This document shows positions 1 to 9,733 of a stretch of DNA of 64,000 bases, one piece after another; the first letter of the stretch is position 1, and each line of letters begins with the position of its first letter. Location: NCBI GenBank assembly GCA_963755715.1, contig CAVWLW010000033.1, forward strand, positions 224,001 to 288,000, in the 5' to 3' direction. This DNA is from an uncultured delta proteobacterium (lineage in GTDB: Bacteria > Desulfobacterota > Binatia > UBA9968). A program made the position numbers and the translations under genes. The notes under the pieces are model-generated. The model was not told the DNA's origin, did not search any database, and saw only the letters and a program-made list of their open reading frames with translations.

Positions 1-1093
1 GCCAGCGGCGAGGAATCCTCAATTGCCAACGCGCCCTGCGTGATCGTCAGCGCGTCCACGTTCTGGCGCAATGCCTGGAAGTACCAGGCGCGCGCTTATC
101 GCCACTGCTACTGGGACAACGGCACGATCCTCGCCAATCTTTTGGCCGCTTCGGCGGCGCGCAAGATTCCCGCAAAGGTTGTTCTCGGCTTTGTCGATGC
201 GATAGTGAATCGGCTTTTGGGTCTGGACAGCCGGCGCGAGGCGCCGCTTTCGCTCGTGGCGCTGGGCCCATCATCGGCAACGAAGATCGGTCCGTCTCCG
301 CCGATGCCAGCTGCTGGTGTTGGAAACTACACCGCTATCGAGATCCGAAATCGATTACCCCGCGATGAGAGATATGCATGAGGCGTCGTCCTTGGAAAGC
401 GAAGAGGAAGTTGATGCGTGGCGCGAGGAAACGAGAACGGCGGAAGGCGAAAGAATAAAGGATGAAGACGGCGACAAGCAAATTTTTCCTTTGCAGCTTT
501 TGAGCAATCAAGACCTTCCTCAAGACACAATCGAGGAGGTGGTCGTTCGGCGCGGATCGACGCGCGAGTTTTCCCGCGATTCGATCACGCTTTGCACAGC
601 TCTCGACTATGCTCGGCAGCGCGACCCGTGGCATCGAGGCGGATCTTCTCGCTCCGAGCAGGAGTCTTCGTTTAATGAACTCTATTTGATCGTTCATGCG
701 GTCGAAGGCCTTCCGTCCGGCGCCTACGTCTTTCGCCGCCAGGAGCGCGCATTGGAGTTGCTCAAAGAAGGGGACTTTCGCCGCGAAGCGGGCTATCTCG
801 GCTTGGGTCAGGAGATTCCGGCGGATTGCAGTGTCAATGTTTATTTTCTGGCGGACCTTGAAAGTATTCTTAAGCGTTTCGGCAATCGCGGCTATCGTGT
901 GGCACAGCTCGAAGCGGCGATCATGGGCGGAAAGCTTTATTTGGCTGCCTATGCCCAGCGCCTCGGCGCCTCCGGGCTGACATTCTTCGATGACGACGTT
1001 ACTGAATTTTTCTCGCCCCACGCCGCCGGCAAGAGCGTAATGTTTCTGGTTGCGTTGGGAAAGTCGGCAAAGCGGAAAACGGTCCATCCGTAA
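1..1093 (+). CDS. SagB/ThcOx-family (tandem nitroreductase-fold) dehydrogenase, 5'-truncated by window edge, frameshifted
   Basis: ORFs 40..381 (WRNAWKYQARAYRHCYWDNG) and 317..1093 (RRGSTREF, GNRGYRVAQLEA, GASGLTFFDDDV) are consecutive parts of one protein. Confidence 0.8.
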
Positions 1094-1139
1094 TTGAGAC
1101 CACGAGTCTTCCCACGAGCACGTTCGCAACGTGCGCGGC

Positions 1140-2006
1140 TCACCTATAGCTCATCGCGCCGCGCGGCAGCAGAACATCAATCTCTGTGGGAATAGGCAGC
1201 GCACCTTTACTGACCGCCAGCGTATCCGTATTAAGCATTCGCGTTTTCATACCCGCGCTGAACTGTTGAATCAAATAGGGACTGTCGCGATGGTGCATCG
1301 GTATGGCGATCTTCGGTTTTAGCTGAGCCAGGACTTCCTTGGCGAGGTCCGGTCCCATCGTACGCCCACCGCCGATCGGCGTGAGTGCCACGTCGACCTT
1401 GCCGAACGCTTTAATCTGTTGCTCGTTTAGTTTTTGGCTCAAGTCACCCAAATGCGCGATGCAGAGTGTGCCCAGGTCGAAGACGAACGCGGAGCCTTTG
1501 ATGCCTTCGACGATTTCGGCGTTTTGATGGATGGGCACGTTATAGATAAGCGTGTCTTTGACGCTCGTGCTGACTTTGTTCCAGTCCGCGCCATAATTCG
1601 TCAGGCCGCGCAGGATCACGGGGTTGCCCAGGACGATTTGGACGGCGTTGTGGTTGAACATCTCTTTGCCGACCGTGACCACATCGCCGATCACGTTCGG
1701 GTTCGGATACCATCCCGGCCCCAATGGATCGGTGACGATTCGCGTTCCTTTACTGGTGGTGATGAGAAAGAAATTGTGGCCGAAGTATTGAATCGTCGCG
1801 TCGACATTCGCCGCGTAGGCAAGCGAGCCAATCCCGCGCGCCACGTCGGGATCGCGGCAAGCCGACTGAGAGGGGAGGGTAAAGATGAGCAGCGAACTGA
1901 TGAAAACTACCGAACCGAGGATTAACCGAAGTGTTCTAAATGGACGAAGCAGTTCATGAGGCTCACGACCACAAATACGGCTTTTGCCCCAACGCCGCAT
2001 ATCCAT
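1140..2006 (-). CDS. MBL-fold protein (Lactamase_B_3/YtkL-like) with N-terminal signal/TM segment; start codon uncertain
   Basis: YFGHNFF, IVTDP, HLGDL, PIGGG and IAIPMH motifs; the HxHxDH motif is degenerate. Confidence 0.75.
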   Translation of the reverse strand: MDMRRWGKSRICGREPHELLRPFRTLRLILGSVVFISSLLIFTLPSQSACRDPDVARGIGSLAYAANVDATIQYFGHNFFLITTSKGTRIVTDPLGPGWYPNPNVIGDVVTVGKEMFNHNAVQIVLGNPVILRGLTNYGADWNKVSTSVKDTLIYNVPIHQNAEIVEGIKGSAFVFDLGTLCIAHLGDLSQKLNEQQIKAFGKVDVALTPIGGGRTMGPDLAKEVLAQLKPKIAIPMHHRDSPYLIQQFSAGMKTRMLNTDTLAVSKGALPIPTEIDVLLPRGAMSYR

Positions 2007-2163
2007 GAAGAGCAGGCTATTGGATTGAAATGGAAAAAACAATCGCGAGCGCTACTCGACGGAATGGATATTCTGTCGAGCCACGCACGATGTCCGCATG
2101 ATCCTTACGGTTGTTCGGAGCCTCATCCCGGCTGCGCTATTCCCTGTCTACCAGCGCGACGCG

Positions 2164-2898
2164 CTAACGGCTCAAATGCGGCTCGATGCCTTTGATGAGC
2201 CGGTCCATATCGCCATTAAAGTCAGGGTCAGCTCGGATTTGAATGCCGTTGCGATAGGCGAGCGACTTTAGTGAGGGAGGTAGGTCCTCTTCCAACGGCA
2301 TCGACGCCTTTCGGACCAGAACGGGAATCACGGGTATGTTTCGACCCAAGGCGACTTCCAGCTCGATCCTCAACTGATCGCGAGGATCGTCGATGCGCCG
2401 TTTACCCGTGGCGCTGCCTCGCTCAATCCATTGATCCCCGATCACCGCGATCAACACGCGACACTGGCTGAGGGCATTTTCTAGATGCTGTCGGAAGTCG
2501 ATTCCCAGTGGAATCGAGTCCACGTCTTTGAAAACTACATCCCTGGCAAAACGTTGCAAAAGTCGCTCGTGAATCCTTCCCGTAACGTCGGCGCTATCAT
2601 CCCGGCGATAGGAAATAAACACGCTTCCGCGCGGGTGACCTTGTGTCGATGGAAAACTCGCCGGCTTTGGCTGCTGCGCTGGCGGCTCGCTAACACGCGG
2701 CGCTTCGCCACTCTTGTTTGTGAAGGATCTAAAAAGAAAAAATCCGACAGCCGCTATGACTATTATGCCAATGCCCCATGCGATCCATGTGACATCGGAT
2801 TGGCTCTTTTCCGGCGTGTATGCCTCCTGCCCAAACGCAATCGCCGAGCCAAACGCAAGTAGCGGCGCAAGGAAATATCCAACGGGTTTCGGCGTCAT
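2164..2898 (-). CDS. Membrane-anchored TIR-domain (TIR_2) protein
   Basis: AGGAGG RBS before ATG at 2898; signal peptide, TM helix (WIAWGIGIIVIAAVGFFLF), then VFISYRRDDS...FKDVDSIPLGIDF...RIELEVAL...IPVIPVLV. Confidence 0.88.
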   Translation of the reverse strand: MTPKPVGYFLAPLLAFGSAIAFGQEAYTPEKSQSDVTWIAWGIGIIVIAAVGFFLFRSFTNKSGEAPRVSEPPAQQPKPASFPSTQGHPRGSVFISYRRDDSADVTGRIHERLLQRFARDVVFKDVDSIPLGIDFRQHLENALSQCRVLIAVIGDQWIERGSATGKRRIDDPRDQLRIELEVALGRNIPVIPVLVRKASMPLEEDLPPSLKSLAYRNGIQIRADPDFNGDMDRLIKGIEPHLSR

Positions 2899-2947
2899 CG
2901 AGATACTCCTCCTAATCTTTACGGCTTGCACGCCACTCCACTCACGT

Positions 2948-3517
2948 TCATGATACACGCACGGCCCGGATCAAATGGTCCAAATCGGCTTTGATCGTTT
3001 CGAACGGCGCGCCGGGGATAGCATCGCCTTTCTGCTCGTTCATTTCCGCAGCCGTTATCTCCGCGCTGATGTTTGTTAATTGGGGGGCTAAGTCAGGCTT
3101 AACAAGCGTCTGCACGTCGTGCAGCGATATCGCGGCGCGGTCAAGTTCCTTGATTGCCCGGTCGGTCTCCCTCATCGCTTCCGTGAACACTTCGGCATTG
3201 GCTATGTGAAATTTTACGTCAAGGAGGTCCGTCTCGGCGGGGCTCGATGCGCGCAAGAATTCCCACTGGGATGCGTTGTACTCCATCAACCATTCGTTAA
3301 AAAACTTTCCCCGGCGCCAGGTATCATTGAGGAACGCTGCCGCGCGGCTGAACGCTGCTGGCATCCGTGAACTCCGCGCAGATTCACCGTCCACTGTAAA
3401 AACGTATCGCTCCCATTGGTCGCGACCGGGGCCAAAAACAGTGGCTGAGTGTTGGATGCTAAGAAGGGTTATAAGGAGAAGGACAAAACACAAATTGAGA
3501 AAAGCGTATCTCCACAT
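2948..3517 (-). CDS. Hypothetical exported/membrane-anchored helical protein
   Basis: GAAGGAG RBS before ATG 3517; hydrophobic N-terminus; 189-aa ORF co-oriented with the TIR gene. Confidence 0.6.
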   Translation of the reverse strand: MWRYAFLNLCFVLLLITLLSIQHSATVFGPGRDQWERYVFTVDGESARSSRMPAAFSRAAAFLNDTWRRGKFFNEWLMEYNASQWEFLRASSPAETDLLDVKFHIANAEVFTEAMRETDRAIKELDRAAISLHDVQTLVKPDLAPQLTNISAEITAAEMNEQKGDAIPGAPFETIKADLDHLIRAVRVS

Positions 3518-3882
3518 ACAAGTCTCCTTCTATCGATACTTCACAAGGTCATCCTATTTAATGCGTATCCACCCGAGATTCTACACCAAACAAAGTGTCG
3601 GGTCATCTGGGGTCGGGTCAGGCGTCTCAATGAGAGACTGAGCTGCTCCGCAATGCGTATCGCATAAGACGATCCCGTCGAGGTCGGTAAACTTCTATTG
3701 ATAATGCTCCCACTGCCGTGGTGCATGGTTTCTTGATCCACATCGGGCTCGCTCGAGTTGAACTGCAACAAAGCCGACCGGGTTACAGTGACCTTGCCGC
3801 TTTCGCCCGATCAGCGAAGGTTACCGACAGCTCATCACAAACGGGTAAAGCCGGAAGGCGACTCCTTTGCTTCATCATCTTG

Positions 3883-6207
3883 TCATGGTTCCCCGGGGAG
3901 CGGGCCGAACGCTGCCGGCGGCCGGCGGTGTTTGGTCACCGCTTCGTATGCCGAAGCGGCTTTTAAGATCGTCGATTCCTCCCCCGGGCCGGCCCAGAAC
4001 GACAAGCTGATCGGCAAGCCCGGCGCATCGAGCAAGGTCCGTTCGGTGCCCGAAACACTCCGATAGCTTCTGGTGTCGGAACTGAGCGCGAACTTGGGCT
4101 CGTAGACCACGCGATTGAAACCGGCCGGCACGACGATTTCCGGGATACCTGCGTCGGCGGTGAACGCGTAACGGTTGCTCGGCCGGCTGTTGATCTCGGG
4201 TTCTACCGGCCCGCCGATCTTCGGGATCGGAATCGTGGTCAGTGGATTTACCAGGACATCGAGATTGTTTTCGCGCATCACTTTGAGCACCACCCGTTGC
4301 ATCACTTCGCGCATTTTGATGCGTTCGGTGAGTCCGTCGGAGCGAATGTCGTTAAGATTCTGCCAATTGATGAACGCCGCCAGCTTATCGCCGGAATAGT
4401 AAGTCGCATTAGCGTTGAGTGTGGGCCAGTCTTTGACCTTGGCGTCGCCGCGGCGCAACAAGTATTGGCTGAGATGAAATCTGAAGCTCGACGTGCGCGG
4501 AAAATTTGTAATGCGGCGTAGATTGAGATTGGGTGGGAAGGGCTCCAGCCCCTCGGCGGCGCGGGCCATATATTCCGCCGGTGAAAGTGTGCCGCCGCCG
4601 GGCGTTTTGCCGACGTTGACATTGATCTTGCTCGCGAAGAGGGGAAACTCCGCCTCGCCGGTGCTGTTCGTCTTGAACAGATATTCGGGCATATGGAACG
4701 GCAGGATTTCCGCGAGCGCTTCTTGAAAGGTCGGTTTCAGATTGGGGATCGTCGGATCGTCCGGATAGAGCGGATCGACGGACTCAAATAATTGGGCGCC
4801 CAATTTGTCGCGCAGGATGCTCTTGATCTCTTTATCGATCTGATCGCTGATAGCGGCGTCATTGGGCGTGTGCTTGACCATGAATTCGCGCACGATGCCG
4901 ATGCGCATGCCGGCCAGGCTCTTTTGCTGGGCAAAACTGGCGTAGGGTTTTTGCGCGATCAACGCCTTGGGCAGCGCGGTATAAATATCGCGGGGGTCGT
5001 AGTAGCCGCGCTTTGGATCCTGCAAGGCGTCGAGGACGATCGCGGTGTCTTTGACCGTGCGGCAGTGAATCCCGGCTCGATCGATAAACGGGTCGGCGCC
5101 GATACCGCCGCCGAATGAGATGATCGCTTTACCGGTATTCAAGTTGGCGAGACCGTTATACGCCGCGGGAACGCGGCAGGAGCCGCCGGTTTCTTCGCAA
5201 ATCGAGCAGGTGACCAGATTGGCTGCCACAGACACACCTGAACCCGAGCTTGACGCCGCTTGCGCGGGAGCGCGCTCGGTATCGTAGGGGTTACAGGGAT
5301 TGCCGGCCCAGGTGCTACGGGAATTGCCCGCGCCGAGTACGACGGCATCTGCCTTGGCCGCGCCGCCGGGATCGCCGCTGGCGCCGTTGTATTCGCTCAA
5401 GTTGGCCTTGGCGAGAATGATCGCGCCCTTGGCGCGAAGCTGCGCCACAATCGTCGAGTCCGCCGGAGCCGCGTCCATGCCGTAGGCAACGTCCGCACCG
5501 CCCGTCGAGCGCATATCCTTGGTGTCAAAAATGTCTTTGATCGAAAACGGCGTGCAGTAAAGCGGCAGCGCGGCGAGATTCGGGTTGGCGCCGAACTGGC
5601 GGTCCAACTCCCGCGCCCGTTCAAGTCCGTCGGGCTGGGCGCGGAATGCCTCGCAGCTCTGACTGCAAGTGTTCGGCAGCGCGCCTTTCGACGGATGCAG
5701 GTCGCACGTGGCTTTACAGGTCGCGGAGCGTTCGCCGCGGATGTTGACGGTGCTTAGCGAGCGCAGCTTGCCCGCATTTTTCACGCCGCGAATGTAGCCG
5801 TAGGTTTGCAGCTTTGCCGGATCGGAAATCGTCGCCTGCATGACGCCGGGTTGCAGCGGCGTTCCCGTGTACTTGGCGACGTCGGGAAAGAAATTCTTCG
5901 GATCGCCGGCGTCATTGGGATTTACGGGCGCGACACACATGCCGTCGTAGGCGCGGATTCGGTTGAGGTAGGCTTGCACCACCTGCTCGCAGGTGATTTG
6001 CCGCGACTTGATCGCGCGGTGGATATCTTCGATCCTTGCTTCTTCGAGATGAAACTTCGATGGTGCCGGCGCCTTGGCGGCCGACGGCGGCTTGGCGACT
6101 TGTGCGTAGATTATCGCCGGCACAATGTTCAACAGGCTGATTGCCGCGACCCAGATCGTTAAACAGCGCTTCAAAGCGCTCCCGACGTTCGCAATGTCCT
6201 CCATCAT
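3883..6207 (-). CDS. Amidase-signature family protein, large, secreted
   Basis: SIKD (Lys), SSSGS and ETGGSCR catalytic motifs; signal peptide; AGGAGG RBS. Confidence 0.9.
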   Translation of the reverse strand: MMEDIANVGSALKRCLTIWVAAISLLNIVPAIIYAQVAKPPSAAKAPAPSKFHLEEARIEDIHRAIKSRQITCEQVVQAYLNRIRAYDGMCVAPVNPNDAGDPKNFFPDVAKYTGTPLQPGVMQATISDPAKLQTYGYIRGVKNAGKLRSLSTVNIRGERSATCKATCDLHPSKGALPNTCSQSCEAFRAQPDGLERARELDRQFGANPNLAALPLYCTPFSIKDIFDTKDMRSTGGADVAYGMDAAPADSTIVAQLRAKGAIILAKANLSEYNGASGDPGGAAKADAVVLGAGNSRSTWAGNPCNPYDTERAPAQAASSSGSGVSVAANLVTCSICEETGGSCRVPAAYNGLANLNTGKAIISFGGGIGADPFIDRAGIHCRTVKDTAIVLDALQDPKRGYYDPRDIYTALPKALIAQKPYASFAQQKSLAGMRIGIVREFMVKHTPNDAAISDQIDKEIKSILRDKLGAQLFESVDPLYPDDPTIPNLKPTFQEALAEILPFHMPEYLFKTNSTGEAEFPLFASKINVNVGKTPGGGTLSPAEYMARAAEGLEPFPPNLNLRRITNFPRTSSFRFHLSQYLLRRGDAKVKDWPTLNANATYYSGDKLAAFINWQNLNDIRSDGLTERIKMREVMQRVVLKVMRENNLDVLVNPLTTIPIPKIGGPVEPEINSRPSNRYAFTADAGIPEIVVPAGFNRVVYEPKFALSSDTRSYRSVSGTERTLLDAPGLPISLSFWAGPGEESTILKAASAYEAVTKHRRPPAAFGPLPGEP

Positions 6208-6359
6208 GGCTGCCTCCTGGGATATAAATTCGAACTTCTTCTATCATGTTTGTCGTCCATCGGGGGAAATTTTGCAGCAACACCCCTTGTCTCACTCCCT
6301 TGGTTAATTTTCCGGCCTTTGGTACGTTTCGAAAAAACCCGGCTGATCGGAGGTGCGCG

Positions 6360-7322
6360 ATGAAAAACATTCTTGTGGCTGCGGTGACGATTCTATTGTC
6401 TCTCGCCGGCGCCGTTCGCGCCGCAGATAAGATTAGAATCGGAGTGCCGCAACAGGTCGTGCATTGGATGGTTTTTCCTTTGGCGCAACAAAAGGGCTTT
6501 TTCAAAGAGGAAGGATTCGACGCGGAAATCGTTCGCATCACCGGTCCGTCCGGCAGATCGGCTCTGATGAGCGGCGATATCGATTATTACACGACCATCG
6601 CTTTCATCGTTCAATCGGCGATCTTAGGTTTGCCGGTCAAAGTCGTCGCCGCTTATGTGACCTGTCCGCCCTTCGTGTTGATGTCGCGCCCCGAGTTCAA
6701 GTCGGCGCAGGATCTGAAGGGCAAAACCATGGGCATCGGCGCGCCGCCTGGCAGCTCGCCGGACGTGATCGCCAAGCTTTCGCTCAGGCACATTGGCTTG
6801 AATCCGGATAGGGACGTGAAGTTCGTCTACTTGAACTCGCACGAGCGAACGTTTCTCGCTCTCGAACAGGGACTCTATGCCGTGGGATTGATACCGCCGC
6901 CCTTCGATTTTCAGGGGAAAAAGCTTGGCTTCAACTCGCTCGCTCGAGCCGACGAGATTCTCACCTACCCCGAAGACGGATTGATCGCCACCGTGAAAAA
7001 AATCAAAGAGAAGCCTGACGAAGTAAAGCGCGTGATTCGCGCCGGCATCAAGGCCAATCGGTATATCCGGACGCAGCGCGAGGGAACGATCCAATTTTTG
7101 ATGGAATGGCAGAAAGTCAATCGGGAAACGGCGAGCGCCAACTACGACAGCGCCGTGCGGGTTTTCAACGACGACGGCGCGCTGCCGGAAGCCGGCCTGC
7201 GGTTGATCATCGACGAAGCGAAAAAAACCGCTAAAGTGGAGCGCGAAATACCCCTCAACGAAATCGCCGATCTTTCGATCCTGAGAGAAGCACAAAAGGA
7301 GCTGGGAATTAAGCCGAAATAG
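6360..7322 (+). CDS. ABC transporter substrate-binding protein, NMT1/SsuA/THI5-like
   Basis: GGAGG RBS, signal peptide, KGFFKEEG and DLKGKTMG motifs. Confidence 0.88.
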   Translation: MKNILVAAVTILLSLAGAVRAADKIRIGVPQQVVHWMVFPLAQQKGFFKEEGFDAEIVRITGPSGRSALMSGDIDYYTTIAFIVQSAILGLPVKVVAAYVTCPPFVLMSRPEFKSAQDLKGKTMGIGAPPGSSPDVIAKLSLRHIGLNPDRDVKFVYLNSHERTFLALEQGLYAVGLIPPPFDFQGKKLGFNSLARADEILTYPEDGLIATVKKIKEKPDEVKRVIRAGIKANRYIRTQREGTIQFLMEWQKVNRETASANYDSAVRVFNDDGALPEAGLRLIIDEAKKTAKVEREIPLNEIADLSILREAQKELGIKPK

Positions 7323-7354
7323 TCGCAACTGTCGCGCGCGTCAATGGGAGGCGG

Positions 7355-7744
7355 TCACGGGTTTGCGTACGTAATGGCCGAAATCACCGCGCCTTGCGGG
7401 TCCTGGATCACGCAGAAGCGACCGACGGTCGGGATATCCTGTGGTCCCATCAAGATCTTTCCCCCAAGTTGCTGCACGTTTTTGGCGACTGCATCGACGT
7501 CAGTGACGGTAACATAGCATGCCCAGTGCGGAGGCATGCCTGGCGCTTGCGACGGTATCGACATTATTCCACCGATGCCCTTTCCACCGACTTTTACGAC
7601 CGTGTAAGTCATGCCGGGCGTGACACTCATCTCTTCAGTTGTCCAACCGAACAGCTTTGTGTAAAAGTCCTTGGCCGCATTGGCATCGGTGGTCATCAAT
7701 TCGCACCAACTGAAAGCACCGTGGGTTTTTAATTGTTCATCCAT
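7355..7744 (-). CDS. VOC (glyoxalase/bleomycin-resistance) family protein
   Basis: FSWCELMT, FYTKLFGW, W..YVTV.DVD, DPQGA motifs. Confidence 0.92.
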   Translation of the reverse strand: MDEQLKTHGAFSWCELMTTDANAAKDFYTKLFGWTTEEMSVTPGMTYTVVKVGGKGIGGIMSIPSQAPGMPPHWACYVTVTDVDAVAKNVQQLGGKILMGPQDIPTVGRFCVIQDPQGAVISAITYANP

Positions 7745-8019
7745 CTTTGTGTCCTCCGTGCCTTGACTCTAACACCGGCGCAACCGCCGACAAGGGCTGG
7801 GCTGATCGATATGAAGTCAAGGCAGCTTGGAAGTTTGTTCGGAACGGCAGCAAATTTCTGCCAGTTTGTTCGTAATAAGAGGATGCGCCAAGCCGATCGT
7901 CGGGCGGTCTGGTATTTCGAGATTGATCATGGAAACATAATTTATCCCCGAAGTTTCCGGAAGTTTCGTCGCGCTGATTCTCCAAGTCCGGAGCCAGGCG
8001 TTCCGGCTGGGATCAGCTA

Positions 8020-9579
8020 ATGCCGCCCCAAGATTTGACTAACGATTCCGTCAAACGACTTTTGCCGTGGCTGGTCGCCATAGCCGTATTTATGGAGTCG
8101 CTCGACACGACCATCCTGAACACGGCGGTGCCGGCGATCGCGGCGGCGCTCCAGGTGGCGCCTCTCAGCATGAAGGCGGTTCTCTCCAGCTACACTTTAA
8201 GCTTGGCGGTCTTCATTCCGGTGAGCGGCTGGATGGCGGATCGCTATGGAACCCGCCGGGTATTTTCCGCCGCGATTGGCATGTTCACGATCGGATCGAT
8301 CCTGTGCGGAATCTCTAATAGCATTCACATGCTCGTCATTTGCCGTATTCTTCAGGGCTGCGGCGGGGCGATGATGGTGCCGGTCGGCCGCTTAACCATG
8401 GTTCGAACATTCGCCAAATCGGAACTCATCCGCGCCATGAGCTTCGTCGCCGTCCCGGCACTCGTTGGCCCGATGCTGGGCCCTGTAGCCGGCGGCGTCA
8501 TCGTGGGATTTCTTCACTGGCGGATGATTTTCTTCATCAATGTGCCGATCGGTCTCCTCGGCCTGTATTTCATTTATCGCCACCTGCCGGACTATCGCGA
8601 AGTACGCATCGACCCGCTCGATATCACCGGTATGATTCTCTTTGGCGCCGGCGTCGCGCTTCTGTCGTACGTCTTGGAAGTGTTTGGCGAGCACACTCTG
8701 AGCGTTGTGGAAATACTCGGCCTGTTGGCGCTCTCCATCGTGCTGCTCTCGGGCTATGGGCGCCACGCGACGACGACACTACATCCGCTGCTGCGTCTCG
8801 GCCTGTTTCGCATCCGAACTTTCCGCGCCGCAGTCGCCGGCGGCTTCATCACGCGTCTGGGCGTGGGTGGAATGCCGTTTCTTCTTCCGCTGCTTTACCA
8901 GGTCGGACTCGGCTACACGCCGGTGCAATCTGGATTCCTGATTATGCCTCAAGCCCTCGCGGCAATGAGCTTGAAAATGTCTATGCCTCTCGTGCTGACG
9001 CGTTTCGGCTACCGCCGGGTGCTGATCTACAACACAGTGATCATTGGCACGATCCTCGTGCTGTTCTCCACCATCGGGCCGGGGACGCCGGTCTGGCTCA
9101 TCGTGCTTCAAGCCTTCTGTTTCGGATTTTTTTCCTCGCTGCAATACACGAGTATGAATACGCTCGTGTACGCCGATGTCAGTGAAAGCGACACCAGCAT
9201 GGCAAGCACCATCGCAAGCACCGTTCAACAGATGTCGATCAGCTTCGGCGTTGCAGCGGCCTCGTTGGCAGCGGCGCTCTTCATCCCCGATCGGTTTAAC
9301 TCCGACGCCGCGCAGATGATCCATGGCGTGCACCAGGCTTTCCTGGTGCTCGGCGGGCTAACCATTCTTTCCACGATAGTTTTTCGTGAATTGAAACCCA
9401 ATGATGGTGACAACGTCAGCCAGCACAACGTCATCGTCCCGCAAGGCCCACAGGAAATCGCCGTCACACCAGCGGCCGCAAGACCTCTGATCCTCAACGA
9501 TCGAAGCGCGGACCGCGAGTCAGTTGAATTTAATTTGGGCAATCCCAACAATATCTTCATTTTCCCCGTATATAATTGA
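8020..9579 (+). CDS. DHA2-family MFS efflux permease (EmrB/QacA/HsrA-like)
   Basis: LDTTILNTAVP, GWMADRYGTRR, RILQGCGG and WRMIFFINVPIG motifs; ~14 TM segments. Confidence 0.93.
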   Translation: MPPQDLTNDSVKRLLPWLVAIAVFMESLDTTILNTAVPAIAAALQVAPLSMKAVLSSYTLSLAVFIPVSGWMADRYGTRRVFSAAIGMFTIGSILCGISNSIHMLVICRILQGCGGAMMVPVGRLTMVRTFAKSELIRAMSFVAVPALVGPMLGPVAGGVIVGFLHWRMIFFINVPIGLLGLYFIYRHLPDYREVRIDPLDITGMILFGAGVALLSYVLEVFGEHTLSVVEILGLLALSIVLLSGYGRHATTTLHPLLRLGLFRIRTFRAAVAGGFITRLGVGGMPFLLPLLYQVGLGYTPVQSGFLIMPQALAAMSLKMSMPLVLTRFGYRRVLIYNTVIIGTILVLFSTIGPGTPVWLIVLQAFCFGFFSSLQYTSMNTLVYADVSESDTSMASTIASTVQQMSISFGVAAASLAAALFIPDRFNSDAAQMIHGVHQAFLVLGGLTILSTIVFRELKPNDGDNVSQHNVIVPQGPQEIAVTPAAARPLILNDRSADRESVEFNLGNPNNIFIFPVYN

Positions 9580-9733
9580 GCTTGCCAAAAATCAGCACGA
9601 GCATTCAAAAGGGGAGCATGAAAATTCGGATGAACTCCGCGTGAAGTTCAGCGCGGCGGGACGCTTTGTTCGAGCGCGTCACTTGTTCGCAGCCGATGAG
9701 TGAGAAGCTGAGAAAGAAAGGCCGCTGTTAGCG

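Noticed and set aside
1-1093. SagB/ThcOx gene as evidence of a RiPP cluster
   Set aside because: No YcaO or precursor peptide in the window, and stand-alone members are common; upstream context is not visible.
3608-3678. Weak GGGTCAGG..AGACG REP-like or attC-like hairpin
   Set aside because: Arms are too degenerate, there is no RYYYAAC/GTTRRRY pair and no integrase.
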